A stretch of DNA of 64,000 bases from assembly GCA_052325505.1 (NCBI GenBank), contig JBKQUS010000141.1, forward strand, positions 6,509 through 70,508. The letters run 5' to 3'. Origin of the DNA: Limisphaerales bacterium. Lineage in GTDB: Bacteria > Verrucomicrobiota > Verrucomicrobiia > Limisphaerales > Palsa-1400. A program made the position numbers and the translations under genes. The notes beneath the pieces are model-generated. The model did no database searches. It saw only the letters and a program-made list of their open reading frames with translations, and was not told the DNA's origin. Shown here one piece after another: positions 1 through 10,307 of the stretch (positions are counted from its first letter, which is position 1; each line of letters opens with the position of its first letter).

Positions 1-870
1 TTTCTTCGTGATCCACGTGGAAGCGATCATGGAGAGGATGTTGCCGATGATGCCCGTGGTGATGAAGACGGCTTGCATGCTGGCCCCGCCGCCAAGAAAG
101 TATTTTGCGTAGTACAAACCCACCGATCCCCGGATTACGTAACCGATCGTGCCGATCACACATACTCCGGCCAGAATCATCCATTGATCGTTGTTGCCGA
201 GCAGGACAATTTGCTGCCACAGCGGCTTCCGATCGTTCTTATGCACCACCCGCTCGGTAGTCATGAAGAAACAGAAAATGAACAGCAGCGTGGCCAGGCC
301 GGCCATCACCGCCATCGAAACCTGATAGCCCCTGGCGAGGTGCTCCTGTCCCCAACGGGCCGCAAAAACCGGGACAAACGTATTGACCAGCAAGGAAGCA
401 CCCTTGGCGAAGAACAGCCGATACCCGTTTGCCGAAAGCCGCTCCTGCGGATCGGCGGTCAGCACGCCGGGCAGCGAGATGTAAGGGATGACGATGGCCG
501 TGAACACGAGCATCATCAGGATGTACGTCGCGTAGGCCCAGATGAGTTTGCCGTTGTAGGACAGATCCGGCGTCGTGAACACCAGCATGATTGAGATTCC
601 GAAAGGGACGGCGAAGACTAGAAAATACGGGCGGTAACGGCCCCAGCGCGTGGTGTGGCTGTCGGTGTAAATGCCCATTGCCACATCCGCAAAAGCGTCA
701 ATCAGCCGGGGAATAAGCCCCAGCATCGCGATGTGCGCAACGTTCAGTTTGTAAACATCGGTGTAGAAGAATGTGATGATGATCGCCAGCGCCGACCAGA
801 CGACATTCACGGCTGCGTCACCGCCACCGAATCCGATTTTTTCAGGAACCGTCAGTCTTTGAGTTTTCAT
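1..870 (-). CDS. GPH-family glycoside/pentoside/hexuronide:cation symporter (first ~290 codons; 3' end lies beyond window start)
   Basis: Absent from the ORF track because no stop codon falls inside the window. Hand translation of the minus strand from the ATG at 868-870 gives MKTQRLTVPEKIGFGGGDAAVNVVWSALAIIITFFYTDVYKLNVAHIAMLGLIPRLIDAFADVAMGIYTDSHTTRWGRYRPYFLVFAVPFGI... It has successive hydrophobic helices and the D-x3-G-x3-D...RWGR-x-RP signature typical of MelB/XylP-type symporters. The start lies 17 nt downstream of the GH43 stop on the same strand. Confidence 0.75.
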   Translation of the reverse strand, partial: MKTQRLTVPEKIGFGGGDAAVNVVWSALAIIITFFYTDVYKLNVAHIAMLGLIPRLIDAFADVAMGIYTDSHTTRWGRYRPYFLVFAVPFGISIMLVFTTPDLSYNGKLIWAYATYILMMLVFTAIVIPYISLPGVLTADPQERLSANGYRLFFAKGASLLVNTFVPVFAARWGQEHLARGYQVSMAVMAGLATLLFIFCFFMTTERVVHKNDRKPLWQQIVLLGNNDQWMILAGVCVIGTIGYVIRGSVGLYYAKYFLGGGASMQAVFITTGIIGNILSMIASTWITKK

Positions 871-887
871 TACCGGTAGTCTTCTGA

Positions 888-1958
888 TTAATGGACTCGA
901 ATGCTGTGATACTCACTGAGCGATTTTTCATCAACCACCGGCCATTGCCCGGCATCCCATTTGAGTTCCGCAATTTTTAGTTTCTGCAGACCGTTGTCCG
1001 CCACCTCATAAGCATGAAGGACGAGATAATCCTTGCCGTCAATCGTATAGGCGCTGCAGCCTCCCCGGCCGGCCCAATCTTTGTCGCCGCCCAGCAGCAA
1101 GGTGCCGCCACCGTATGCCATTTGATTGCCTTTCTTGTCCAGATACGGGCCCCGGACGTCTTTGGACCGTCCCACCATGATGCGGTAGGTGCTGGCATTG
1201 CCGCGGCAGCACAATCCCCAGGAAACAAACAGATAATAGTATTCGCCCTTTTTGAAGATGAAGGGCCCCTCGATCTCGGCGGGTCCCGGCACGCGGTCAT
1301 CCACCAGTACCGAACGCTCCCGCTTCGCCACAGAGTACCATTCCTGCGGTTCCGCCAGCGCTTTCCAGCTTGCGTCCAGTTTGACCAGCTTGATGCCCGA
1401 CCAGAATGAGCCGAAGCTCATCCACGGCGTGCCTTTTTCATCCACGATGATGTTCGGATCAATCGCATTCCAAAGGTCGCGATTGGGCACCGACTGGAGA
1501 ATGATGCCTTGGTCCTCCCATTTGTAGTCGGGAGACTTGGGATTCAGCGTCTTGTTGATCGTCAGACCGATGGCCGAGCTGATCGAGCCGGGAGCGGACA
1601 CGGCAAAATACAGGTAGTATTTGCCGTCATGCCGGCTGATGTCCGGCGCCCAGATGTGGCCGTTAAATCTGCTGTTCACTTGCAGTGCCCAAGACGGATT
1701 ACCCGGAAAAACCCGTCCGCCCGGTTCCCAAGCCTTCATGTCTTTGGACACGTAGAACGTGATTCCAGGCCCACTGCTGTAGAGGTAATAGGTATCGCCC
1801 TCCTTGGCCATGGCCGGATCGTGTACATCCACCTCTCTTACCTCTCTTGCCTGCACTGCAAACAGGCCGCCGGTGACAAGCAAGCCAAGCATTGAGGTGA
1901 ATATGGTTTTGGGAAATGCGCGCACAAAAGAGAACGGGGTGTCTGCGATACGTTTCAT
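888..1958 (-). CDS. GH43 endo-1,5-alpha-L-arabinanase-like hydrolase, secreted
   Basis: 356-aa ORF with ATG at 1956-1958 and a hydrophobic N-terminal signal (MLGLLVTGGLFAVQA). Motifs VHDPAMAKEGDTYYLYSSG, HIWAPDISRHDGKYYLYFAVS and SFGSFWSGIKLVKLD are typical of five-bladed GH43 arabinanases. It is clearly paralogous to 4446..5450. Confidence 0.85.
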   Translation of the reverse strand: MKRIADTPFSFVRAFPKTIFTSMLGLLVTGGLFAVQAREVREVDVHDPAMAKEGDTYYLYSSGPGITFYVSKDMKAWEPGGRVFPGNPSWALQVNSRFNGHIWAPDISRHDGKYYLYFAVSAPGSISSAIGLTINKTLNPKSPDYKWEDQGIILQSVPNRDLWNAIDPNIIVDEKGTPWMSFGSFWSGIKLVKLDASWKALAEPQEWYSVAKRERSVLVDDRVPGPAEIEGPFIFKKGEYYYLFVSWGLCCRGNASTYRIMVGRSKDVRGPYLDKKGNQMAYGGGTLLLGGDKDWAGRGGCSAYTIDGKDYLVLHAYEVADNGLQKLKIAELKWDAGQWPVVDEKSLSEYHSIRVH

Positions 1959-1989
1959 AAGATTCGGAAGAATGCACAGAACGGTTTCA

Positions 1990-4449
1990 TCATTGAGTCT
2001 TTAGGCGGATGATGGTCAGGGAATTGGGCGGAAATATCTCGATAAAATTCGTCCCGGTCACCGCGATGGATCGAGTCACGGGCGCCACTTTGGGAGGGTC
2101 TCCCAATGTATTCTCGTCATCGGCGCTGCCGGAGGTCAGGACGGTTTCTTGCGCGGTTTCGGCCAGATGCGAAGCGCCTTCCAAATTGATCCGGGTTTCC
2201 TGTGGCTGGGATGAGACGTTCACGACATCCAACACAATGTCCCCGCCTGAACGGCCAGCCACGGAGTAAAGCCTCGGGACGGGCTTGCGTTCCGCCTGAT
2301 GAATCAGTTTCCCGTCCAGGTAAGCCATCATCTGGCCGTGGCGCAGTTCAATTTTAATGTCATACCAGCGGCCAGTATCAATCGAACCGGGCACATGGAG
2401 TGCTGCCGGCGCGCCTTGCAGGCCATGCTCTGTGTTGCCCCAGCCACCCAGGTTCCACCACGTTGGCGCGTTCATATTCGTGGTTTCAAAGAGGATCAGA
2501 AAACCCTCCTCGCCGCCAAGTTTCCTGGCGCGGAGCGTCAGCGTGTAGTCCTTCCACGATGGATCCCCCGTTACGGCGCGAACGTTTTCATCAGTCGCGC
2601 TCTGGCGCAACGCGCCATTGACGACCGACCAGTCGCCGCCGGCGGTTTTCCAGCCGTCCAATCCCTTGGCGAAGTCGCTTTCATACAAAGTCCGGCCCTC
2701 CGCGGAAACCACGCGGATGTCTTTGTATTCCGCCCGCGTCTTCCATGTGCCGACGCCGATCATGCCATGCGGATCCGGCGCATCCACCGGCGTTTTTACA
2801 CCGGTGGGCAAAACAACGTCGGGCCGGTTCCGGGCAAACAAGGCCTGGACATGGTAGTTCGGGGTCAACAAAACGCTGCTGTTGTCAAACCAAATTAAAT
2901 CAGGCCGCCATTGGGCGTGGCCCATTCTGGCCAATAATGGCGCGTAGGAAGCCATGGCCACGATGTCCGCATTGCGCAGCAGGCCGGTCATGTAGGCCGC
3001 CTCGGCCAGGGCGCAGCGTAGATTATTGCGGCGGTTGCCGTCATGGCCGGCAAATTCGCCGACAAAGATCTTCGGTCCATGCCGGTCATAGGCGGCGTAG
3101 CGGTCGCTGTTTTCCAAAAGCCATTGCGGAGGAACATAATAGTGCTCATCCACCAGATCGGCGGGCGTGCCCGTGCGGAATTTATTCCAGGCGAAGCGCC
3201 ACAGGCCGTCCCCCACAAGGGGGCCGGACGAACTGATGATCCGGATGCCGGGATATTTGGATTTGATGGCGCGGTAGAATACGTCGTAGCGGTCGAAGTA
3301 TCCTTGCAGCCACTGCTCGTTGCCGACGGCGAGAAATTTAAGGCCAAACGGTTTCGGATGTCCCATGGCCGCGCGCTTCAAGCCCCATTGGCTGGTTTCC
3401 GGGCCGTTGGCAAATTCGATCAAGTCCAACGCATCCTGCACCCAGGGACCAAGCTCATCCAGCGGCATGGGAATGCCACGCCGCGCCTGGCAAGTCATGC
3501 CGCAATTGATGACGGGCACGGGTTCGGCCCCAATGTCTTCGCAGAATTGAAAGTAATCGAAGAATCCCAGCCCATAGCTCTGATCATAGTGCGGCGATTG
3601 GGCGTCCTGCCAGATATTCCAGTTTTGTTTTCGTTCCGCCACGTCACCTATGGTGTCCTTCCAGCGATAGGCGTTGGCATAGTCTTTGCCTTCCACAACA
3701 CAGCCTCCGGGGAAACGAAGGAAGCCCGGTTTCATGTCCGCCAGCGCCTGCGCCAGGTCGCCTCGAAGGCCGTTGTGCCGTCCCCGGAAGGTTGTCTCCG
3801 GAAAGAGCGAAACCATATCCATATCGAGGGTCCCGGCTTTTGTGGCAAGGACAACCAAGCGTGCATTGGTCGCACTCGCGGTGCTGGTCATCGTAGCCTC
3901 AAATTTTTTCCAAGCCGGGCCGACATTCGTAATTTCGGAGGAAGCCAGAACGCGACTTTGGTCACCTTCGAGCAAGATGCGAAGGGCGGCCTCATCGCCG
4001 GCGCGCCGGCGCGCATAGATGGAAAAGAAGTAATGACCGCCTTTGGACAGCACGAGGCCATCGAAACCCGCGTTGGCCATCCCGTAGCCCTGCGTGCCGG
4101 GATCCATGACATAAAGGCGGAGAAAGTGGGTGTTGTTGGCGTTGAGCGGCTGCTCCGACTCCGTGCTGAACCGCCCTCGCGCGCCCTCCCGGGCCGCCTC
4201 GCTCCAGGCGTATAGATGTTCGCGATCTTCAAAGGAACGATTCTGGATCATTTCGGCGTACAACCCCCCGTCAGCGCCGTAGTTGATGTCTTCAAAAAAC
4301 AAGCCGTGCATCGTGGAGGGCACGGCTATTCCCGGATCGTTCACTTGCACGGTAACCTGCGCCGGTTCAGCGGCGCGGGCGCGGGCGATGCAGAGGGTCA
4401 AAAAAAGGATTTGTTGCAGAGTCGGGAATCTCATGTTTGTTTTTTTCAT
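1990..4449 (-). CDS. GH51 alpha-L-arabinofuranosidase with an extra C-terminal beta-sandwich domain, secreted
   Basis: I prefer the ATG at 4447-4449 (MKKTNMRFPTLQQILFLTLCIARARA, a signal peptide) over the upstream alternative start at 4491. Motifs NRSFEDR, LRFPGGCVVEG and FLAVGNEQW (the GNE acid/base context) fit GH51. The last ~230 aa (LDGWKTAGGDWSVVNGALRQ...) look like an appended concanavalin-like module. Confidence 0.8.
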   Translation of the reverse strand: MKKTNMRFPTLQQILFLTLCIARARAAEPAQVTVQVNDPGIAVPSTMHGLFFEDINYGADGGLYAEMIQNRSFEDREHLYAWSEAAREGARGRFSTESEQPLNANNTHFLRLYVMDPGTQGYGMANAGFDGLVLSKGGHYFFSIYARRRAGDEAALRILLEGDQSRVLASSEITNVGPAWKKFEATMTSTASATNARLVVLATKAGTLDMDMVSLFPETTFRGRHNGLRGDLAQALADMKPGFLRFPGGCVVEGKDYANAYRWKDTIGDVAERKQNWNIWQDAQSPHYDQSYGLGFFDYFQFCEDIGAEPVPVINCGMTCQARRGIPMPLDELGPWVQDALDLIEFANGPETSQWGLKRAAMGHPKPFGLKFLAVGNEQWLQGYFDRYDVFYRAIKSKYPGIRIISSSGPLVGDGLWRFAWNKFRTGTPADLVDEHYYVPPQWLLENSDRYAAYDRHGPKIFVGEFAGHDGNRRNNLRCALAEAAYMTGLLRNADIVAMASYAPLLARMGHAQWRPDLIWFDNSSVLLTPNYHVQALFARNRPDVVLPTGVKTPVDAPDPHGMIGVGTWKTRAEYKDIRVVSAEGRTLYESDFAKGLDGWKTAGGDWSVVNGALRQSATDENVRAVTGDPSWKDYTLTLRARKLGGEEGFLILFETTNMNAPTWWNLGGWGNTEHGLQGAPAALHVPGSIDTGRWYDIKIELRHGQMMAYLDGKLIHQAERKPVPRLYSVAGRSGGDIVLDVVNVSSQPQETRINLEGASHLAETAQETVLTSGSADDENTLGDPPKVAPVTRSIAVTGTNFIEIFPPNSLTIIRLKTQ

Positions 4450-5450
4450 TGTTGCAGGGCGCCCGCTTCCGGCCAGCCGGCGGCGTCCCACCGGAGGGGG
4501 AGGACAGCCAGCGTCGGTCTTCCCTCGCGTGTGCCGTCATAAAAATGGCAACTGAACCAATCGTTTCCGCCGGCCGAAATAATGCCTGCATGGCCCGGCC
4601 CGATGAATGGCCCTGTGCTGCCCAAAACCAAACTGCCGCCGTCCATGAGCATATCGACTCCCTCTTTGTCAAGGTAAGGACCTGTGATCTTCAAGCTGCG
4701 GCCGACGCGTATATTGTAGGTGCTTTTGACGCCCCGGCAGCATTTGCCCCAGTTGACAAACAAATAGTAATAACCGCCGCGATGATAAACATAGGACGCT
4801 TCGATCATGTCATGGCGGGCGAGGGAATGGATCGGAGAGTTGGGGTCAAGGCGTTTGCCGGTTGAGGGGTCCAGCTCCACCAGTTTGATGCCGGTCCAAA
4901 ACGAGCCGAAGGCGAGCCATAATCTCCCATCGGCGTCCAATGTGATGGCGGGATCGATGGCGTTGTAATCATTGGTGGCCGTGGTTTGGATGACTGGACC
5001 ATGATCCACCCAGGCGTAGTCGGGATCGTCGGGATCAAGGGTGGGATTGGTCGCCAGTCCGATGGCGGAAGTGTTTTTGCCCCAGGTGGAGACGGCATAA
5101 TACAGGAGGTAACGGTTGCGCAGATGAATGACGTCCGGGGCCCAGAAAAGGCCGTAATTGCCAGGAACAGCGTTGGTGGTCCAGGACGGAATCTTTTTGA
5201 AAACCGGCGGGCCTGGAGTCCAATGAATCAGATTTGTGGAATGGCGGGAAACGATGCCGCGTCCGGTGGCGAAAACCCAGTACTCATCCTTGCACTGCAC
5301 AATGGTGGAGGGGTCGTGGACGGAGACGTCGCGCCGCCCAAGCAGGAGGACCGCGGTATTGGTGGCCGTGTTCGTCTCCGCGCCGAGGCCAACACCGCGG
5401 CAGGCCAGGGTCAGAAGAGCAACGAACAGAATATGATGGGATGAGTTCAT
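4446..5450 (-). CDS. GH43 arabinanase-like hydrolase (second paralog), secreted
   Basis: 334 aa with a signal peptide (LFVALLTLACRGVGLGA). Motifs VHDPSTIVQCKDEYWVFATG, FWAPDVIHLRNRYLLYYAVS and AFGSFWTGIKLVELD. Its TGA (4446-4448) overlaps the GH51 ATG (4447-4449) as ATGA. Confidence 0.85.
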   Translation of the reverse strand: MNSSHHILFVALLTLACRGVGLGAETNTATNTAVLLLGRRDVSVHDPSTIVQCKDEYWVFATGRGIVSRHSTNLIHWTPGPPVFKKIPSWTTNAVPGNYGLFWAPDVIHLRNRYLLYYAVSTWGKNTSAIGLATNPTLDPDDPDYAWVDHGPVIQTTATNDYNAIDPAITLDADGRLWLAFGSFWTGIKLVELDPSTGKRLDPNSPIHSLARHDMIEASYVYHRGGYYYLFVNWGKCCRGVKSTYNIRVGRSLKITGPYLDKEGVDMLMDGGSLVLGSTGPFIGPGHAGIISAGGNDWFSCHFYDGTREGRPTLAVLPLRWDAAGWPEAGALQQ

Positions 5451-7948
5451 TGATTCTGCGGCGCGGAGGAGGAGTTGGCGCGGAGGGCTTTTGCATAGGC
5501 CAGGGCGATCTGATTTTTGGAGTCGCGGCGCAATACCTCTTCGAATTGATCCAGTGCCTTTTGATTGAGGTGTTGATGGGCTAGAGCAATCCCAAGGTTC
5601 AATCGGGCCTCGATTAAATCCGGCTTGAGGCGCACCGTCTCGGCGAACTGAGTCGTCGCGCCAGCGGCGTCACCGTCCTCGCCCAGCTCCAAACCAAGAC
5701 AGAAGCGGGCCTCGGCGAACTTGGGTTGCAAACGAACGGCTTCCGCGTAATGCGCCCTGGCTTCGGCGCGCCTTCCAAGCTTGTCCAGAGCCAGACCGAG
5801 GTCGACCTGGATCTCGGGATCGGAGGGATAGAGCCGGAGGGAATCGGTGAAATTGGTGACCGCAGCGCCGTACCAGCCCCGGGAAAGCGAGAACTTTCCC
5901 AGGGTGTTGAAAGACTCCGTGCTGCAGACGCGGTTCTTGAGCGATTCTTCGAATTGTTCGTTTGCTTCCCGGGTTCTGCCCATCGCCTCAAAGGCTTTGC
6001 CCAGGCCGAAGTGGGCCGGTCCCCAGTAGGGTTTTAGGCGCAACACCTGTTGAAACTCGCGCGCGGCTTTTTCGGGGTGGGCTTCGCGCGCATACAATTC
6101 GGCCAGACTGTTCATGGCCACCACCGATTCAGGACCCAACCGGGCGGATTGTTGAAAGGCTGCAATGGCTTCATCATCGCGCTTGTCCGCCTCCAAGACC
6201 AGTCCCAACTCCTCCCATGCTTGCGGGTTTTGCGGCAGCAAGTGTACCACTTTCTGCAATGATTCGACCGCGCCGGCGGTGTCCCCGGTCTGCTGCTGGA
6301 GGTGCGCGAGATTCTCCTGGAGAATCCAGTCGTTAGGCGCGTCGACGACCGCCGCTGCGGTGCGGGCCTTTTCCTCGCGCAGGGAATCGGGAAGTGTGGC
6401 GGGTTGAAGCTGATCGATTTGCTGGAGCAAATGTTGATACTGCCGTCGGTTGCTTGCTTGCTCTTTGAATGGAGGATCGTTGAGGCGGCTGAGAATATCC
6501 GCCTCTGCCTCCCGCCGGGTAAAATCGTTCCATCCCAAGCGATGGGCGCAATCGTCCGCCATGGGCCATGCATGTTCGGCGCTGGCGGACAGAGCATGCA
6601 CGATTTGTTCCGCAAGGGCGCGCGCGACAAGGTAGTTGCCTTCAAAGGTCAGGTGGACATGCTCGTATAGAAATTCATCGCCGGCCAGACCATGCGGACT
6701 TTCCATGGCCATGGCCGCCTCGGAATCAACCAGATGCACACCCTCCTGTTCACGATTGGACGCAGTGTGCCGGATGATTTCGTTGATGCGGCTGTCCGCG
6801 CGGAACCGGAGCGTGTCCTGATCACAGGCCAACACAAATTGGCGCGAGGCTTCTGCGTCACGGCCCAGCGCCAGACAACATTGGCCCAAGCGAAAGTGGA
6901 CTTCGGCAAAGGTGTCGTCCAGCTTCGCCGCTTGCCCGAAGAAGTCGATTGCATCCGCCGCCCGCCCCGCCTTTTGCGCCTCGACTCCCGCCTGGTAGAG
7001 ATTGTCCCACCGGGATAATGCTTCAGCCGACAGGCTTGGGCGATGTTCTGAAGCGAAGGGAGCGCAATCCTTGAGATTGCGAGCCACGGTGCTGACCACA
7101 ATCTTGGCGCCGCTGCGGACACCCATGTCAATTATATCGTTTAGATTTTTTTCGAAGCTGGTGTAAACCGTGGCCATGCGCGGGTCATCCGGGCGGACAT
7201 GGTTGTGCAGGAACATGCTCATTCCACCCCACTCGCTCTGATTCAGCGGCCGCTTTTGAGCAAGGCGAACCAGATTTCCCAGCGCCTGCCCGGTGCGGGT
7301 GGCCTTGAATGCCACACCGGTCCGGATCATGGCCAGGCTGGCAGCTTGCGGGCTGAATACTGTGCCTGGGCCATATGGACCCACGACCTCGTTGTTGCCC
7401 ATGTAGATGACCCAGACGTCGCCGTGCTGCGTGGCGCAATCCCTGGCAATGGGCAGGATGACGTGGGAGTTGATGGCCGTCATGGCTGTATTGACCACTT
7501 CAAAATGCTTGTCAGGATAGCGTCTCTCAAGCAAGGCTTCCAAAACGCGGCAGAGGCCGAAATTCGGCCCCGGATCGCCATAGGCTGCTGATTCGCCGAA
7601 GACAAAGATACGGATCATATCGGGCGGCTTGATTTTGGGGATGACAAAAGGAAACGGCGCGCGCGCCATTTCCGGGCCAAAAAAGCGCCAGCCGAAGCGG
7701 TCGTTTTCGATGAGGCAATCCCTCCCATTGATATGCATCGGCAGGAAGAAGGACATCGGATGTCCAATCCCGGCCAACCTTAAAGCAGTCTCCAAAGTCA
7801 AAAGAAACAGCAGCGGTCCCAACACCATCGCCGCGACGCGAAAAATGCGGCGCCGTACACGCGACAAGGCGACGCATTCCAAAAATGCCCCGCCTTGCCT
7901 TTCCTTGCTTTTCCTTGCCACCCTTACAAAAAAGGGGTGGCCTGGCAT
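5447..7948 (-). CDS. SGNH/GDSL-like hydrolase domain + TPR-repeat protein (start uncertain: ATG 7948 or GTG 7960)
   Basis: An N-terminal TM/signal segment (MVLGPLLFLLTLE) is followed by IRIFVFGESAAYGDP (GDS-type block I) and VIYMGNNEV. The C-terminal ~450 aa consist of TPR-like repeats (e.g. AWEELGLVLEADKRDDEAIAAFQQSARLGP). Its stop TGA at 5447-5449 overlaps the ATG of the downstream GH43 gene (ATGA). Confidence 0.65.
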   Translation of the reverse strand: MPGHPFFVRVARKSKERQGGAFLECVALSRVRRRIFRVAAMVLGPLLFLLTLETALRLAGIGHPMSFFLPMHINGRDCLIENDRFGWRFFGPEMARAPFPFVIPKIKPPDMIRIFVFGESAAYGDPGPNFGLCRVLEALLERRYPDKHFEVVNTAMTAINSHVILPIARDCATQHGDVWVIYMGNNEVVGPYGPGTVFSPQAASLAMIRTGVAFKATRTGQALGNLVRLAQKRPLNQSEWGGMSMFLHNHVRPDDPRMATVYTSFEKNLNDIIDMGVRSGAKIVVSTVARNLKDCAPFASEHRPSLSAEALSRWDNLYQAGVEAQKAGRAADAIDFFGQAAKLDDTFAEVHFRLGQCCLALGRDAEASRQFVLACDQDTLRFRADSRINEIIRHTASNREQEGVHLVDSEAAMAMESPHGLAGDEFLYEHVHLTFEGNYLVARALAEQIVHALSASAEHAWPMADDCAHRLGWNDFTRREAEADILSRLNDPPFKEQASNRRQYQHLLQQIDQLQPATLPDSLREEKARTAAAVVDAPNDWILQENLAHLQQQTGDTAGAVESLQKVVHLLPQNPQAWEELGLVLEADKRDDEAIAAFQQSARLGPESVVAMNSLAELYAREAHPEKAAREFQQVLRLKPYWGPAHFGLGKAFEAMGRTREANEQFEESLKNRVCSTESFNTLGKFSLSRGWYGAAVTNFTDSLRLYPSDPEIQVDLGLALDKLGRRAEARAHYAEAVRLQPKFAEARFCLGLELGEDGDAAGATTQFAETVRLKPDLIEARLNLGIALAHQHLNQKALDQFEEVLRRDSKNQIALAYAKALRANSSSAPQNQ

Positions 7949-7975
7949 TTTCCCGGCCACCCCCGCGTAATCACA

Positions 7976-10108
7976 TTATTGCAGTATGAAGTACTGCGCG
8001 GCTGATGAAGCCGGAATGGTCACCACGTAATTCCCACCGACAACCGTCCATGTGCCGTTGCTCACCGCAGTCCAACAATCAGTGACAGGGAACGATGTGC
8101 TGGACGCCAAAGTGACGTAGGCGGAATTCGTCGGCCAACTGATCACTATGTTGCCAGCCGATTGCGTCACGGTCAACGTCACAGGCGCCGTGCTTGAGCC
8201 GATGAGCGTTGTCGGTCCAAGGGCATAATCAGCGCTGACTTGAGAGGCTGACAATGCGGTGTTGTAGATGCGGAACTCAGCAATGGAACCATTGAGATAC
8301 GGGTCTCCGTAACAATCCCTGCCGATGAAGTTGTCCGGGTCTGCGATGGACTCGTTGACACCTTCGTCAGCTATCGCCCGCGTATTGAGGGTGTAGTCAA
8401 GAATGCTTCCATTGGCGGCGAAAGCACCCGGATCAATCAAGGAGTTGTAGAGTTGATGGGCGAAATCCGCGGGCATACTCGTCGCGAGCACTCCGTTTAC
8501 ATAGATCGACATGGAGCTTGTGCTCGGCGCATAGACGGCAACGACATGCGCGCCGGTCATTCCATCCAGAGGAGTGGCCCACACAGCATCCATTTCATCG
8601 CCGTTGCCGGGAATACCCTGGGCGAATCCCGCCTGCGTGCCTCCGCCACCCGTGTGCGGCTGGAAGGAAATGTAATCCCCGCCATAGCCATTGTTTGCAT
8701 CTCCAAAGTTATCCGCATAGCCAAAGGCGAAGAGGCCGGCCCAAGTGTTGATTGGAGAACCAAAGCTGGCCCAAGTCTCGATCGTCACGTCATGCGCGCC
8801 GGTGAGGATTCCGGCAGGCAACTGCACATAGCCGGTTGAACCATCCAGCGTGACCTGTCCTCCGCCCAAAGTCGCGCCACCAATGAGCGTGGCCTCATAA
8901 GCGGAATCGAGGGTGATCGAGTCCGCCACCGTGGTGCCCGAACCTGCGGTAAAGCTGTAGCGGTGGATCGGGGTCGCTTTCTGCGGCACGTTGAAGGGCA
9001 TCGTAGCGGTAAACGAGCCGACCGTGGCGGTGATTATGGCATTGCCAGGACCGACTGCGGTGGCAACGCCGTTGGCGTCAACCGTGACCACACAGGAGTC
9101 GCTCGAGGTGTAAGCCGGCGTCCCGGGCAACGTCGCTAGGTCAATACCTGGTTCAGGGGAACTCAAAAGGACTCCAGTGACTGACGGGTAATCGCCGACA
9201 AGGAGCAACGACTGCTGCGAGCCAACGGGCGCCGCAGCCTCGTTCAGGGCTTCGAAACGAATTCCAGTCAGACTGCCGCCGAGAGGCACCGTCGTGATGA
9301 TGGTGTCGGTGCCATTGTCGCTAATAACCAAGTCCGCTGAATCAAGCGCTTTGCCATAGGCTCGAAGAATGCCTCTATTGATCAAATCGGTGGTTGATCC
9401 CGTGCTGGTGCCGTTATACGCGCCGGAGCCCGTCGCCCAGCCTTCAGGCAGCAGCAACGTGCCGCCACAGATATTCATGGAATCATTGAGGTCAATCTGG
9501 GCGCCATCATTAACTTCAATGTTGACATAACCATTAATCAAACAAGATGCAGTGTCATAGATATTCAAATGACCGCCAAACCATGTTCCGCAGCCGGCAG
9601 GAGCGTTGAACTGAGAACTGCCGTACATGTTCATCGTCACATACGGACCGCCCGTCCACCACCAATTGCAGCCCAGAGCCAGAGCCGCGCCGGTGGAGGG
9701 GATGGACATCACGGAACCATCATGCATATTAATCGTGGAGCGCAACCCGTAATTGGGCCAATTTTGCACCGGGGCAATCGCCCAGCCGAGAACCAGCGAG
9801 GAATTGGGTGCGAGATTGAAAGTTTCTCCCCACTCCGGGCCAAAAGTCATGCTCAAAGCGACACTCCCAGCGTCTGCCGCATAGCTACTAGGGATCGTAC
9901 ACGGGCCTGCTGGGAGATCAATGTTGACAGATGGCGTGGCACTATTCGGAATGCCGCTGCTCCAATTAGCCGCGGTACTCCACAGCCCATCCCCAGTGGT
10001 GTCTTCCCAAGCAGTGGCGGTTTGAGCTGTCGCGTTTTGCCCCAAACATGCCGCCAGACCAAGAGCGGCCGTGCAGCATAGTATTTTGCTGATTTTCATT
10101 TTTGTCAT
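7976..10108 (-). CDS. Secreted LamG/concanavalin-like lectin-domain protein with a Big_2-like domain and a short conserved C-terminal module
   Basis: 710 aa with signal peptide MTKMKISKILCCTAALGLAACLGQNATA. A Big_2-like segment (SSDSCVVTVDANGVATAVGPGNAIITATVG) is followed by a LamG_3-like segment (IHRYSFTAGSGTTVADS...GGQVTLDGSTGYVQLPAGILTGAHDVTIETWASF). The C-terminal ~65 aa module ends in QYFILQ. Confidence 0.6.
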   Translation of the reverse strand: MTKMKISKILCCTAALGLAACLGQNATAQTATAWEDTTGDGLWSTAANWSSGIPNSATPSVNIDLPAGPCTIPSSYAADAGSVALSMTFGPEWGETFNLAPNSSLVLGWAIAPVQNWPNYGLRSTINMHDGSVMSIPSTGAALALGCNWWWTGGPYVTMNMYGSSQFNAPAGCGTWFGGHLNIYDTASCLINGYVNIEVNDGAQIDLNDSMNICGGTLLLPEGWATGSGAYNGTSTGSTTDLINRGILRAYGKALDSADLVISDNGTDTIITTVPLGGSLTGIRFEALNEAAAPVGSQQSLLLVGDYPSVTGVLLSSPEPGIDLATLPGTPAYTSSDSCVVTVDANGVATAVGPGNAIITATVGSFTATMPFNVPQKATPIHRYSFTAGSGTTVADSITLDSAYEATLIGGATLGGGQVTLDGSTGYVQLPAGILTGAHDVTIETWASFGSPINTWAGLFAFGYADNFGDANNGYGGDYISFQPHTGGGGTQAGFAQGIPGNGDEMDAVWATPLDGMTGAHVVAVYAPSTSSMSIYVNGVLATSMPADFAHQLYNSLIDPGAFAANGSILDYTLNTRAIADEGVNESIADPDNFIGRDCYGDPYLNGSIAEFRIYNTALSASQVSADYALGPTTLIGSSTAPVTLTVTQSAGNIVISWPTNSAYVTLASSTSFPVTDCWTAVSNGTWTVVGGNYVVTIPASSAAQYFILQ

Positions 10109-10307
10109 ATGTGTCCTTTGGATTTATTGATTGATGGATTAAGTGTGACTTGGAGTTGTATTATTTGTGTCATTCGTTGCTCTTGTCTTAAATGCGCTTT
10201 TCCCGTCGCGAACCCGACAGACATTCGATTGCGATAATCGTCTCAATCTGTTTTGATTGCGCATAAATGTTTGTTCAGCAATGGTTTGCATCGGTTTTCC
10301 ACATGGT

